Below are positions 1-10,656 of a DNA stretch of 64,000 nt, piece after piece. Numbering within the stretch: the first letter of the stretch is position 1; each line of letters begins with the position of its first letter. The notes under the pieces were generated by a model. The model saw only the letters and a list, made by a program, of their open reading frames with translations, made no database searches and was not told the origin of the DNA. Source of the stretch: Macrostomum hystrix (lineage: Eukaryota; Animalia; Platyhelminthes); assembly GCA_950097015.1 (NCBI GenBank), contig CATNEN010000038.1, positions 4,898,001-4,962,000 of the forward strand, in the 5' to 3' direction. The translations under genes and the position numbers were made by a program.

Positions 1-960
1 TAACTTTGCTGCCACTCCAACTTCGTAAACAAAAGGCTTTCCGCCTTAATACGGTAGTTATTAAAACAAAAGCTATTCATACTGTATTACTTTTGACACG
101 GTTACAAGTAAAACAAATTGTTTATTATTATTTTTTTGCGTATTTTTAACGTTTAGATTTTTATGATTATTTTTATAAGACAAAACGTATCTACACTGAA
201 ACAAAAACGAAAACACTGTCACACAATGATTGCTTCCCTGCACGAAAACGCCTGCAGTTTTTTAGAGTAATGTTATTAGCTATAGTGTAATAGGCTAGGT
301 TAAATTCGCGCGGAAAATATTCCATACGTATACCATTAATATTCAATTAATATGTCACGTTGTTTTAAAAGTCGTAAATATACTGAATATACACTCAGTT
401 ATTAACCAATAACTATAAATATAGACCAATTTTACTAGGGAAAGACAACCGTTTCAAAGCCTATTATAGAAACAGTTCAAATCTCGTCGCGAGCAATCTT
501 ACAAAGCCTTACTTATTTCTAAAGTAAGTACAAGCCGTGAGTACTCCGATCCGGGGAAAGCCCGAGAACAGACTGGCCAGAGAGCCTGAATCATCTTACT
601 TAATGTCTGAATCACCTGAGAGCAGTGTCTCCAGAATTGCCTAGATCTAATATCTAGAACACTACTGGCAGAAGGCCAGAACTATCGTGTTAAGAGCCAC
701 GCTACCCAAACTATCAGTAGTTTGAATCAATCCACCCAAAAGGGGTGCGGTATAATGATCGTATAGGTCACTTTAAGTTACTGGAAACAATAAATAAGGA
801 AGTTAGGCCAACCATTTACATTATGTATTACTAAAGAGGAGAATTTGAATTATTAGGAAAGTGCAAATTATAAGAAGCACTACAACAATAGGACTAAATA
901 TTGTCTCCTAGGTTTAAACCTAATAACGATTACAGCAATGCTCGAAGCATTTTTTAGTTT

Positions 961-1159
961 TGAAAATAAAAGAACGCTAGTAACAGCTACGTACGTATGC
1001 TCGAACATGGGGAACTTTCCAGAAGGATACCATACATGGCATACGCGCACACGAGAGAAGGATCGAGAAGATTCTGGAATAAACAAATGAACTCACGCAT
1101 TATAACAAATGAGGGAAGTTTCTAGAAACTTCCAGAATAATTGCACGATCGCCATAACA
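961..1159 (-). mobile_element. 3' LTR (U3 part) of Gypsy element 1; distal boundary uncertain
   Basis: On the minus strand a polypurine tract TGGTAGGGAGG (1170-1160) is directly followed by TGTTAT (from 1159), just downstream of the integrase region. A TGTTAT at 271 is an alternative far end. Confidence 0.6.
1011..1138. promoter_or_regulatory. Heat-shock-element array in LTR 1
   Basis: GAActTTCcaGAA (~1012), GAAgaTTCtgGAA (~1067) and the five-unit GAAgtTTCtaGAAacTTCcaGAA (1115-1137) all match the HSF consensus of alternating nGAAn. Confidence 0.7.
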
Positions 1160-1228
1160 CCTCCCTACCAAGCTGTGAGATCAGCTGAGAGAAAACGAAA
1201 GGTCTATAAGTCTATTCGTAGCCGAGGC

Positions 1229-3620
1229 TTACGCTGTCTCACCGAGCGTCTGGGGTTGTCCGGTCCGTAAGGTGGTGGCTGAACATGTCCTTGCTCCCGC
1301 CGGCCAGGAGACGGATCGAGGCGCCGCCGCCGGTATGGCCGGTAACACCTGGTGACTGGCCGTTTCGTTTAGCTGAACCGGCAGCGATCCTGGTTCGCTA
1401 TCTTCCATTGACGCGTGTCGTGGTTGCAGCTGGTCGAAGTGCCGCCGCCAGACCGGGCCGTTCGGGACCACCTTGACGTTAACGCTGCGGCTACCATGCC
1501 GCTTGGTGACCACCGCGGGAACCCAGCGGCCTTCCTTCTCGCGGCGTGGTCCGTAGTAGCGCGCATTGACTGCATCTCCGACGTTGAACCTTCTCGAACG
1601 CGAGACACCTCTTGACGAGCTCTGGACGCCTCGGCCTGCTTGGCTTGGCGATCCTGGGCGAGATGGGCCGGCGATGGTAGCAGCGTATCGATCTGCGTCC
1701 GGATCTGCCGGCCGTTGAGGAGTTCACTCGGAGAGTAGCCATTTACTGCCGGAGTCCGTCGGTACTGCATCAGGAACTGTTGTAGAGCCCTGGCAGGTGG
1801 CAGGCTGGATTTCCTCAGGGCCTTCTTAAAGGTCTGAACCAGCCGTTCGGCCGCTCCATTCGTTGCCGGGTGATATGGAGCTCCTGTGAGGTGCGCGATG
1901 CCATGTTCGCGACATCATGCTTAGAATTCCTCGGCCATGAATGCCGCTGCGTTGTCCGTGACGACGGCATGAGGGTAGCCGAAGTGGGCGAAGTCTTCTG
2001 CTAGAAGCTCGATCGTAGCCCGAGTTGACATGGATTGCGTCGGGTGTATGCACGGATACTTCGAGCAGGCGTCCGTAAGCACAAGCCAGTTGGTGCCGAG
2101 GTCTAGATGTAGGCGACTCCAAGGTTTCTCAGGCATCATCCACGGATGAACGGCGGCCTTTGGCGGCTGATTTTGGTGCTCGGCGCAGCTGTGGCAGCCG
2201 CGGCATAGGTGTTCGACGTCGTCGTCGATGTTCGGCCAATAGACTGCCGACGGGCCAGCTGCTTCATCCTCTGCATTCCGAAATGTCCGAGGTGGAGAAT
2301 CTTCAGCACGTCATTTCGGAGGTTCCGAGGAATTACAAGGCGACAGCCATGCAGAAGGCATCCGTTGCAGCAGGACAGCGAGTCTTTGACTTTCCGCAGG
2401 CGGGCCAGCTCTGCGTCCTCGTCTCGTCCGATTGGCGGCCAACCTTCTCGACAGTAGCGCATGGCGGTGGAGATGACTGGGTCCCTCGATGATTCCTTGG
2501 CTACGGCTGAGGCGTCAGCCGGCCGGATCTGCAGGCTCAGGACCTTGATCGCACAGACCATGTCGAAATCGGCTGTGCTCTCCTCCCCGTCGAAGTCTGG
2601 GTCGTCTCCGACTGGCAGGCGACTCAGGGCGTCCACATTTCCGTGACTCTTCGTCTGGCGGTACTCGAATTCGTAGGTGAAATTGTGGAGCAGGTTCACC
2701 CAACGAGCCAGTCGGTTTGCTGCCATCACAGGTGTCTCCTTTTCGGGCCCAAATAGCGAAATCAACGGCTTATGGTCCGTGACCAGGATGAACTTTCGGT
2801 TGAACAAGTATTGGAAGAACTTCTTTAAGCCGAAGATGATTGAAAGCGCTTCCTTCTGAATCTGAGGATAGCGGCGCTGAGCATCCGTCAGAGACCTTAA
2901 AGCGTTGGCGATCGGCCGCTCGCTACCATCCGGGTAGCGGTGGAAGAGGACAGCGCCTATCCCGACGTTTGATGCATCGCAGGAGAGCCCGAGAGGGAGC
3001 TCAGGCCTGTAGTGGACAAGTACGTTGTCCAAAGAGAGCTCCTCCTTGATCCAGTCGAAGGCCCGCTGCTCCGCGTCTCCCCAGATCCATGGTGTGTCCT
3101 TCCTGGTGAGGCGGTACAGCGGCTCGGAGATGGTGGCCATGCTTGAACTTTGAACTTTGCCGCAGGGGCAGAGCCTTTGGCCTTGGAACGGCAGACAGAT
3201 TCCAGGTGACCCACCTTTTGGCAGTGCCGGCAGGTAACGTCTTTGAATCGGCAATCGTTTGCCCGATGGTTCTTTGCCCCACAGCGGTAGCACGCACCAG
3301 ATGCAGAGTCAATAGTGGATTTTGAAGACGTAGAATCTGTCGTAGATTTCGCTGAAGCGGCTCCCGGTCGCCGGGCCTTCTGCGCGACCCTGTTTACCGG
3401 GCTGGATTTGTCTCCGTAAACCGTCTCCTTGGCGACCCGGGCGGCTTCTTCTGTCTCGATGGCAATCTCGACAGCTCGGGGGAACGTGAGCTCTTCCGCG
3501 TTTAATTTGAATACAGCTTTGAGAACTGCTTTATTCCTCACTGAGCAGATGAAACGCGTGCGCAGCGCCTCGTCCAGTGGGTCTTTGATGGAAAAAAAAT
3601 CGCAGGTGGTCGCGTCCTGA
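1229..3620 (-). mobile_element. Decayed Ty3/Gypsy retrotransposon 1 (gag with two CCHC knuckles, RT connection/RNase H, integrase); protease and RT core deleted
   Basis: Gag knuckles CYRCGAKNHRANDC and CRHCQKVGHLESVC; RNase H motifs LSCDASNVGIGAVL, QIQKEALSIIFG and LVTDHKPL; integrase LHLGHFG, PWSRLHLD, VTDNAAAF and YRRTP..GYSPSELLNGR. Frameshifts and stops are present, and gag joins SMATISEPLYRL directly near 3140. Confidence 0.92.
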
Positions 3621-3639
3621 CGGATTCATGACTAAAAAA

Positions 3640-4360
3640 TCCATATGTGCACGAGATTCTCAAGACCGATCTTGGGCTGTCCTGCCTCTTCTTTCGATGG
3701 ATTCCCCGCATCCTCACGCCAGAGCAGAAGAGTCGACGTGTCGAGGTTGCGCACGCGCTGCAAGCTGCCTACACTCTCAAGGGTCAGCCTTTCCTTGACA
3801 AGATCATAACGTGCGACGAGACGTGGCTGCCCTTTTTGAGTCGGCTGGCAAGCAGAAAGACGCTGAGTGGTGTGTGCGAGGCTCAAACTCGCCAACGAAG
3901 CCTCGGCAGACGTGGACAAAGAAGATCATGATCTCTCTCTTCTTCGATGGCCAAGGTCCCCTGCTGGTCGACTTTCTGCCGGATGGCAAGACCGTCAACT
4001 CAGTGCACTACCAGGAACAGCTTGAGCGCCTCAAGGTGGCTGTTATTGCGAATCGACGCGGCACGTCGACTACAGAGTTTTTGGCGCATTCAAGCAGCTC
4101 ATGCGGGACCGAGTGCTTGGCAGCGACCGCGCGCAAGTGGAGGCCGAGGCGATGCGCGTGCTTCGCTCGCAGGAATTCCGCTCCGTCTATTGGCAGGCCA
4201 TCAACGAGCTCCCGAAGAAGTTGGCAAAGGTGATCGCCGTCAAGGGCGAGTACATTAAGGGAATGAAGGAGGAGGATTGCGATGATTGTGATGACATTTG
4301 ATTCTTTTGCTTGAGATTTTTGAACAACGGTTGTGTCCCTGTTTGACCCCTGACCCTCCA
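3640..4360 (+). mobile_element. Mariner-family (DD34D) transposase remnant, 5'-truncated and internally deleted
   Basis: RWIPRILT (WVPxxL motif), IITCDETW (first catalytic D), MISLFFDGQG..DFLPDGKTVNS..Y, then VDYRVFGAFKQLM and C-terminal KGEY. A frameshift lies near 3830, and the HDNA and YSPDLAP segment is missing near 4065. Confidence 0.88.
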
Positions 4361-5061
4361 ATCCTAGTGGCTTTAAACTTTTATCTTTCAGCAGCTGTTG
4401 AAAATCGCAATTTATGTCCGTGGATATCAACAATCGAGGGGCCATAACTCAGCTAATAAAAGTGCTAAAGAAAAAAGTCAACACTCATCTAGACCATTGA
4501 TAGTTTTTCGTTAAGCTAACTGCTGCTTTAGGCAATTTAGATGGTGTTGTAGAAAGTAGTGCCCAAACGATCCCAGCTAGCACCCCTTGTATATGCTACA
4601 CCCTTCATTAATCATGCTACCACTGTAGAATCATGCAACTGCATTGAAAAAAATGCTAGCGTGTCAAAATATCATGATATCTCATATCTCATTTTATATA
4701 TCATAAAATATTTTCTCCTAGATTTGAATTTAATAACGATTGCCGTGCCGCAATGCTCGAAACACTTTTCATTAATTTTACGTTTCTTTAGTTAAAACGC
4801 TGTGTGCTGAACGTTTTTTCTTCTAGTTCTGAATCTACTAAAGCTTGCAGCCATGTTCAAAAAATCTTTCCTTTGTTTTAGTATCGAATAAAACTTGCTG
4901 CTTCACTCGAAAAACTTATATTCTTTTCTCAAAGCGAGAGCAGTAATAATAAAGCTAACATATATCTGGTTTGACAGTAGCTGACCAAAAGCGCTTACTA
5001 TTTATGCTCGAACCCAAAAATGCACAATAAAATACTAATAAACAGGAACTTACGTTTTAAC

Positions 5062-5328
5062 TGTTGATGATAGTGTAGCGGTATTAAATAATCGAGGCGA
5101 AGGCGGTGATTCGTTTATTTTTGTCGCTTGACAGTGAATTAGTTGTCGAGATTGAAGAAACTGTTAAAGATTTAGCGTGGTGGGCATATTATATTTATAG
5201 TAGTTTATACAGAAAATTCCAGAATTCGGAATATTCTAGAAAAGTCATTCTGGAAGAATCGCGCGGGAATTTAAATTATTGGTTTACGTAGAAATTTTAG
5301 AATATACTGTACATACGTTCCTACAACA
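5062..5328 (-). mobile_element. 3' LTR of Gypsy element 2
   Basis: PPT-like AGTGTGGGGAC precedes TGTTGTAG at 5328 (minus). TATAAAT at ~5198-5192, AATAAA at ~5119-5114, end ...CAACA at 5062. An alternative end with an 8-bp inverted match lies at 4545. Confidence 0.7.
5191..5303 (-). promoter_or_regulatory. HSE array plus TATA box in LTR 2
   Basis: GAAaaTTCcaGAA (5212-5224), GAAtaTTCtaGAA (5229-5241) and TTCtgGAA (5248-5255) lie just upstream of minus-strand TATAAAT. Confidence 0.7.
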
Positions 5329-5339
5329 GTCCCCACACT

Positions 5340-7480
5340 GGAAACGGAGTCCGACGGGAATAAAATGCGAGATATGAATTAGTACTCAGGGTAGATGTGT
5401 ATTGTACAGGCGAGATAAAAATTACGATTATGGGAAAGGCGCATGGATAAAAATTGATTGTGTACACTGAATGCACAGTAAGAGTCACAGCACTGAAGTT
5501 ACAGAAGTTCGTAGATTACAGTCAGAAGTAAAAATAGTCATTCTTCTTGTTGAAATGTACTTTCCAACTGCGCGCTTTTTGTGCGTGTCGGCTTTGTTGG
5601 CACGTCGCCGTCCTTGAGTCGTCGGTGCAGCTTTCTCCTTGTCGAGATCCCGGGCTTCTTCATCGTTGCTGTCTTCTGGAGTCTCTTGTTCGGCTGGTGC
5701 TGCGACGGTGGTCTGGGCACTGGTTGCTACGTCGATCGGCAAGGCTTTAGACGGTCGATAGAAATGACTTCTTCCTGCCCTGGTCTCATTTCAACGATGA
5801 AGAATTTCGGTGTGCATCTGATGGCATTGTAGGGTCCGGAGTAAGGAGCTTCCAGTGGCTTGCGAACCCTGTCGACTCGGGTCCACACTCGTCGGTTGTT
5901 AGCAGGTCCTCAGGAATGTACTACTTCTCGATTGGCTTCCTTATCTGGTTGTCTAGCAACTGATCGATCTTGAATGGGATTGTAGTGGGGTCCGGGTTGC
6001 TGACTAAGACGCGTTGAAGCATTGGATTTTCGCCGGTAAATCTCGTGAATGGTCTTATTCCGGCTTCGTCGGGTGAGATGTGCATTACAAATAAAGCTAG
6101 GGGCAGGTTGTCGATCCTTGATGAGCCTCGTGCCTTGAGCATTGTTTTGAGGGTTCGGTGTGCTCTCTCGACTTTCCCGTTGCACTGAGGGTGATACGCA
6201 GTGGTGCGTAGCCTGTGAAAACCTACAGTCGACGAGAGAATCTGAAAGAGTTCAGCTTCGAATTGTGGTCCTCTGTCAGTGATGACATAGAGTGGGACAC
6301 CGAAACGCTAAATCCAGGTTGCGATGAATGCTGCTCCAATGCTCTGTGCAGTGACTGTTTCGAGTTGCGCAGCTTCGAGCCATCCGGTGTTCCTGTCGAT
6401 CATGATTAGGAGATAGCGTGGTGCGTGCAGAGTACGTCATATCGTTTATCGGGCTCGGGCAGCGGTCCGACGACGTCAAGATGTACAGTTTCGAATCGGT
6501 TAGTCGGTAGGTTGAATGCTGCGCTGCCTGCCGTCGTGTGACGATCGACTTTTGAGCGTTGACATACTTCACACGTCCTGCAGTACTTCTTTATGTCCTC
6601 GCGCATATTGTGAAAGAAATAGCGACTTGAGATGAGATTAGCCGTCTTCCGGAATCCATAGTGACCAAGCTGATGGAAGTGCTGCACAAGTGATGTACGC
6701 ATGGAGACTGGAACTACGGGTCGTGGGTAGCCAGTGGATGTTTCGCAAAAAATTCGTCGTTGTCCTTCAATAAGAAAAAATCGACAGTTTTCGGACTCGG
6801 TAAACTGCATGGTCGATGGCTTGCTGCTCCGCAATAGCAGGAAGATCTGTTGGGGCGTCTTCATGTGTGATTGTGCCGATTTGACTCTGATCGTCGATTC
6901 GTCAGCGATAAGGCGTCAGCGATGATGTTGTCGGAGCCTCAAACGTACTGGATGTCGGCGACGCACTCGGAGATGATGCTCATGTAGCGTTAGTTTCGAT
7001 CGTAGTTTCCATGTGAGTTATTCCGGAAAGCCTGCTCGAGAGGTTTGTGGTCCGTGAAGACCGTGACATGTCGACCTTCGATCAAGTTCCGGAAGTGTAG
7101 TATTGCTAGATAGGCTGCTAAGGAGTTCTCGGTCGAATGCCGAGTACGTGCGCTGTGACGATGAAAGCTTCTTACTAAACATTCCTAGTAGCGTTGAATT
7201 GTCTCCGACAGTTTGATGAAGGGCGCGGCTCCGCGGACGCTCGTTGCTGTTGCGTCCGTGATCAGTTGGTATGCCGAACAGTCTGGATCTGGATGTGAGA
7301 GGAGGAGACATGCGGCCAGTTTCGCTTTTAGGTTCTCGAAGGCTGTCTGATGAGTCTCGCTCCATTGGAAGGATCGGGTCGACCGTAGTGATGCGGTGAG
7401 TAGGTCCGTTGGGTTTTCCGCAGTAGAGTGAGAGGAAGTGTGGTAGTGAGATGCAGTAGATTTCGCAGGTATCCGAGTTG
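5340..7480 (-). mobile_element. Decayed Ty3/Gypsy retrotransposon 2 (RNase H and integrase; 5' part missing)
   Basis: FSKKLSSSQRTYSAFDRELL and TDHKPL-type RNase H motifs; integrase zinc finger HQLGHYG...CRTCEVCQ; RFETVHLDVVGPLP; TTAYHPQCNGKVER; LEAPYSGPY. Many frameshifts. Confidence 0.9.
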
Positions 7481-8489
7481 CATTGTATTTACGAATGTTC
7501 CCAGGTGTACAGGGAAGTCATTTTTTAAAATGGCATATGAGCAAGTCAGAAAGAGATCGAAAAAAATAATTGACAGTGAAAGCATTTGATTCTTTAGTTT
7601 CGCATTAGTTGATTTCTCTCTTAGGCACCAGTAAGTTTGGCATGCTTAGTCACTCTTTAACTCTGCATATATTTATAGACATATATTTATTTAATGATTT
7701 GTATTAGTAAAATAATAAGTTTTAAACATTGAAACGAAGCCTCCATCGCGCATGTGTTCAGTCGGTATACAACATATAATAATTTAAAGCACCAAGCCAT
7801 GACAACTAAATAAAAAACAACGAAACTAATTCACTAAGTTGACTCGGAATGCCGCATGCTGTTGCCAGGAGCCGGTTACCAAGGACGCCACACAGGCTGG
7901 GCTCACTCCTGGGCAATGGTGCCTATATGTTGGTGCCGCTGGAACTGGCGATGATTGTCCATTGTAGAGAGCGGCCTGCGTGAAGGACCAGACACTGTGA
8001 TATTTTGACTTAGGTCTCTCTTTGCGTTGAGATCCCTAAATGAGGTCGGGTGTCCTACTCTTTGCGAGAGACTATTACCGTAACTCGAAAATGATGAAGA
8101 CAAGACGATTCGGGATTCCAAGCTAAACAGCTGATATTTAAGTGTTAATTAGTTAACAAGAGAAAGCTATGAATGATTAATTCCCCTGGCAGCGCTCTTT
8201 CCGTTCCTTGCCAGGTACTGTACTTGATTAAATATTAAACTCACAATTCGCACTGGTGAATTACTAACAAAATCTCGGTAGCATCAACACAAGAACACGT
8301 GAACTCTACTCGAAAATGCTCTGGACATAAACAAGAACTCACGAAAATAACGTGACAATTGGCACAAATAACTCCTAGACAAACAGATAGTCCCTATGAC
8401 AAAACAAGACGAATAACACAAAACCTAACCCAAAGTCCCTAATCTGAACCGAGGCGACCAGCAAGCACTTCCGCAACGCAACGCAATAG

Positions 8490-8672
8490 TCAGTTATATA
8501 GTCAAGCGCCCGCCCCAACCCTCATCAAAGCCTGGGTGCCGGCCGCGCCGCTTGTTCATCTGCCAGGTCGACCCTGCCGGTTAACGAACTGCATGGCTGC
8601 TGATTGGCCCGGCCCGGGGTATCGCGCTTAAGTCGGTCGCATCAAATTGGCTAGCCGTCCTCCTATTGGCTG
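8490..8672 (-). promoter_or_regulatory. Pol II promoter-like module (3 CCAAT, GC box, TATA)
   Basis: On the minus strand: CCAAT at ~8667, ~8648 and ~8605, GGGCGGG at ~8512 and TATATAA at 8500-8494, in canonical order inside a GC-rich island. The target transcript was not identified. Confidence 0.4.
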
Positions 8673-10656
8673 GGCCCACCAGACTGGGGTTAGTCCGACA
8701 CCTTGGCTGTAGAGCAGGGTGACCGGCCGATCGCGTGCGTAGGCCTGGCTGGCGCGCATGTACAAAAACAACCCTATAACATACAGGTCGACATATTAGT
8801 ATGTCGACACTATAACATAGTATACAATAATTCATTAATGTTGAGTGCGCGATTATGTTACTTAATTCAAGTAGAAATATACGCATTATAAAATAAACAT
8901 GCCGAGACACTACAACACGCCCTCTTTGATCTGTTCGAGGCACTGCTGATGCTGCTGCTGCTGCTGCTGGTCCATCGATTATGGACATAATTATGACATT
9001 GTCATAATTATGAACAAGGTGCATACTCACCAGCGAATTGTTGATATACTATAGTACACCATAGTTTTCTCGAGCGAATCATATCAGTAAGGAAGCGAAA
9101 TGCCTCCACAGTATAAGTTCAAACAAGGCTCTTTTACAATTTAGGCAATTGTAAACAAGTTTGTATGAAACTGTGTCACTACATATTTGAACTGCAATAA
9201 TTAAATGAAGATGTTCTAATAATTAAGCCCGATAAATTTACGCAAGAGCTACACAATAGCCCAAAAAGCGAAGTTGGATCAAGAAGTTGTAATCTCTATC
9301 TACTCAAAAAATAAATTGAATGTATGATTGACCACATATATCAAGCATGCCCGTTCAGCTAATTACTAAAACAACACCTGGAAAGAAAGACTTGAAAAAT
9401 AAAGTCATGTCCTCAAGTATACATTTTAACAAAAGCAAAAAAAGAAATAATGATTTAAGTAGGCCCCGCATTGGCTTTACTTGTTTAGTAGGTAGCACTA
9501 AAGCCAAAAAATTTTTTTGCTAAAAAATTCAGTTAAAAATGAAAACCTTAAGTTTCCAATTTCGAAATTACATTGACTACAGTATTTCAAAGATGCTATT
9601 TTTAGGTAGGTCTGCTTTGACTCATTCAACAAACATACTTGACTAGGATCAAATGTTTTTACCATATTTGGTCAAAATGCCATATAATTTAACTCGTAAT
9701 ATTCTTCTATTATTTTTTTACTAACTCTAGTACTCTATCCACTTTATGTTCCATGAATGAATGACTAGCTATGAGGATAAGTACATTTATCAGGGAGACA
9801 TAGACATTGACATACCGTTTTCAGTTAGATAACCTAGTCATAGTTTAGTAATATCCTAGCAATTTGGAGAAACTTCATCTTAAAGTATAAAGTATTCAAA
9901 GTAGCTAAGCCCAATCCTGATAAAGTTAACACTCATGTAGGCCTAACTTAATTATTTTTTAATTCTAACTTTATCACTTATGCATTCATATTATAAATGA
10001 ATTGGCAGCTAATATAAATATTTTTTCTCGTTCTCAATGCCTGAAACTTCACACTTTATTTTGAGCCAAATATTTTTATGCAGCAATGCTTGCTCATACA
10101 TAATAGGAATCAAGATATAAAGAGATCATCTGATTTTTAGGCCTATCTATTGAAATAAGTATGCCAATAGGCCTAGGCCCTACTAATAGTTTTTTACTAT
10201 CAAAATGGCAGTCTATAATAGTTAGTCCAAATCTATAAATTTCTTTCAACCATTCTAGCCTTTGTCATTTGGATTGTGAGTCAAACACATATTTTGTTAA
10301 ATGGCTAATAACTACTTTACTTTGCACTAACCATAGCCCAAAATTTTGTTTGGGGTCAAGTCACAGACTTTCAATGACCCATTTCTAAATTATTTTTATA
10401 GCATACATCTTCAATATACATTTTGGTAGCTGTTTAGAGGATGCATCCCTATCCCATTCAAGCTGCCTATGCCCATTGCCTGCATTAGCATAGCTATATA
10501 TATATTATGATATATGGAATATGATAAATTGTTAGTTATATTATAAAACTAGCCAGTTTGCTAAAATCACATATGCAGTTATGCTAATGAAATTATTTAT
10601 TTAATTATTTATTAATGAAACAAGTTTAAAATGTATTTTATTTCAGGTCTTGCACC

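Noticed and set aside
271-5328. The two LTR-like segments as paired LTRs of one element
   Set aside because: They are not alignable beyond HSE motifs, and each has its own PPT and integrase, so both are 3' LTRs of separate elements.
8581-9030. 149-aa minus-strand ORF with poly-Ala
   Set aside because: Starts at a GTGAGT donor-like site, crosses AT-rich and promoter-like DNA, and has no recognisable domain.
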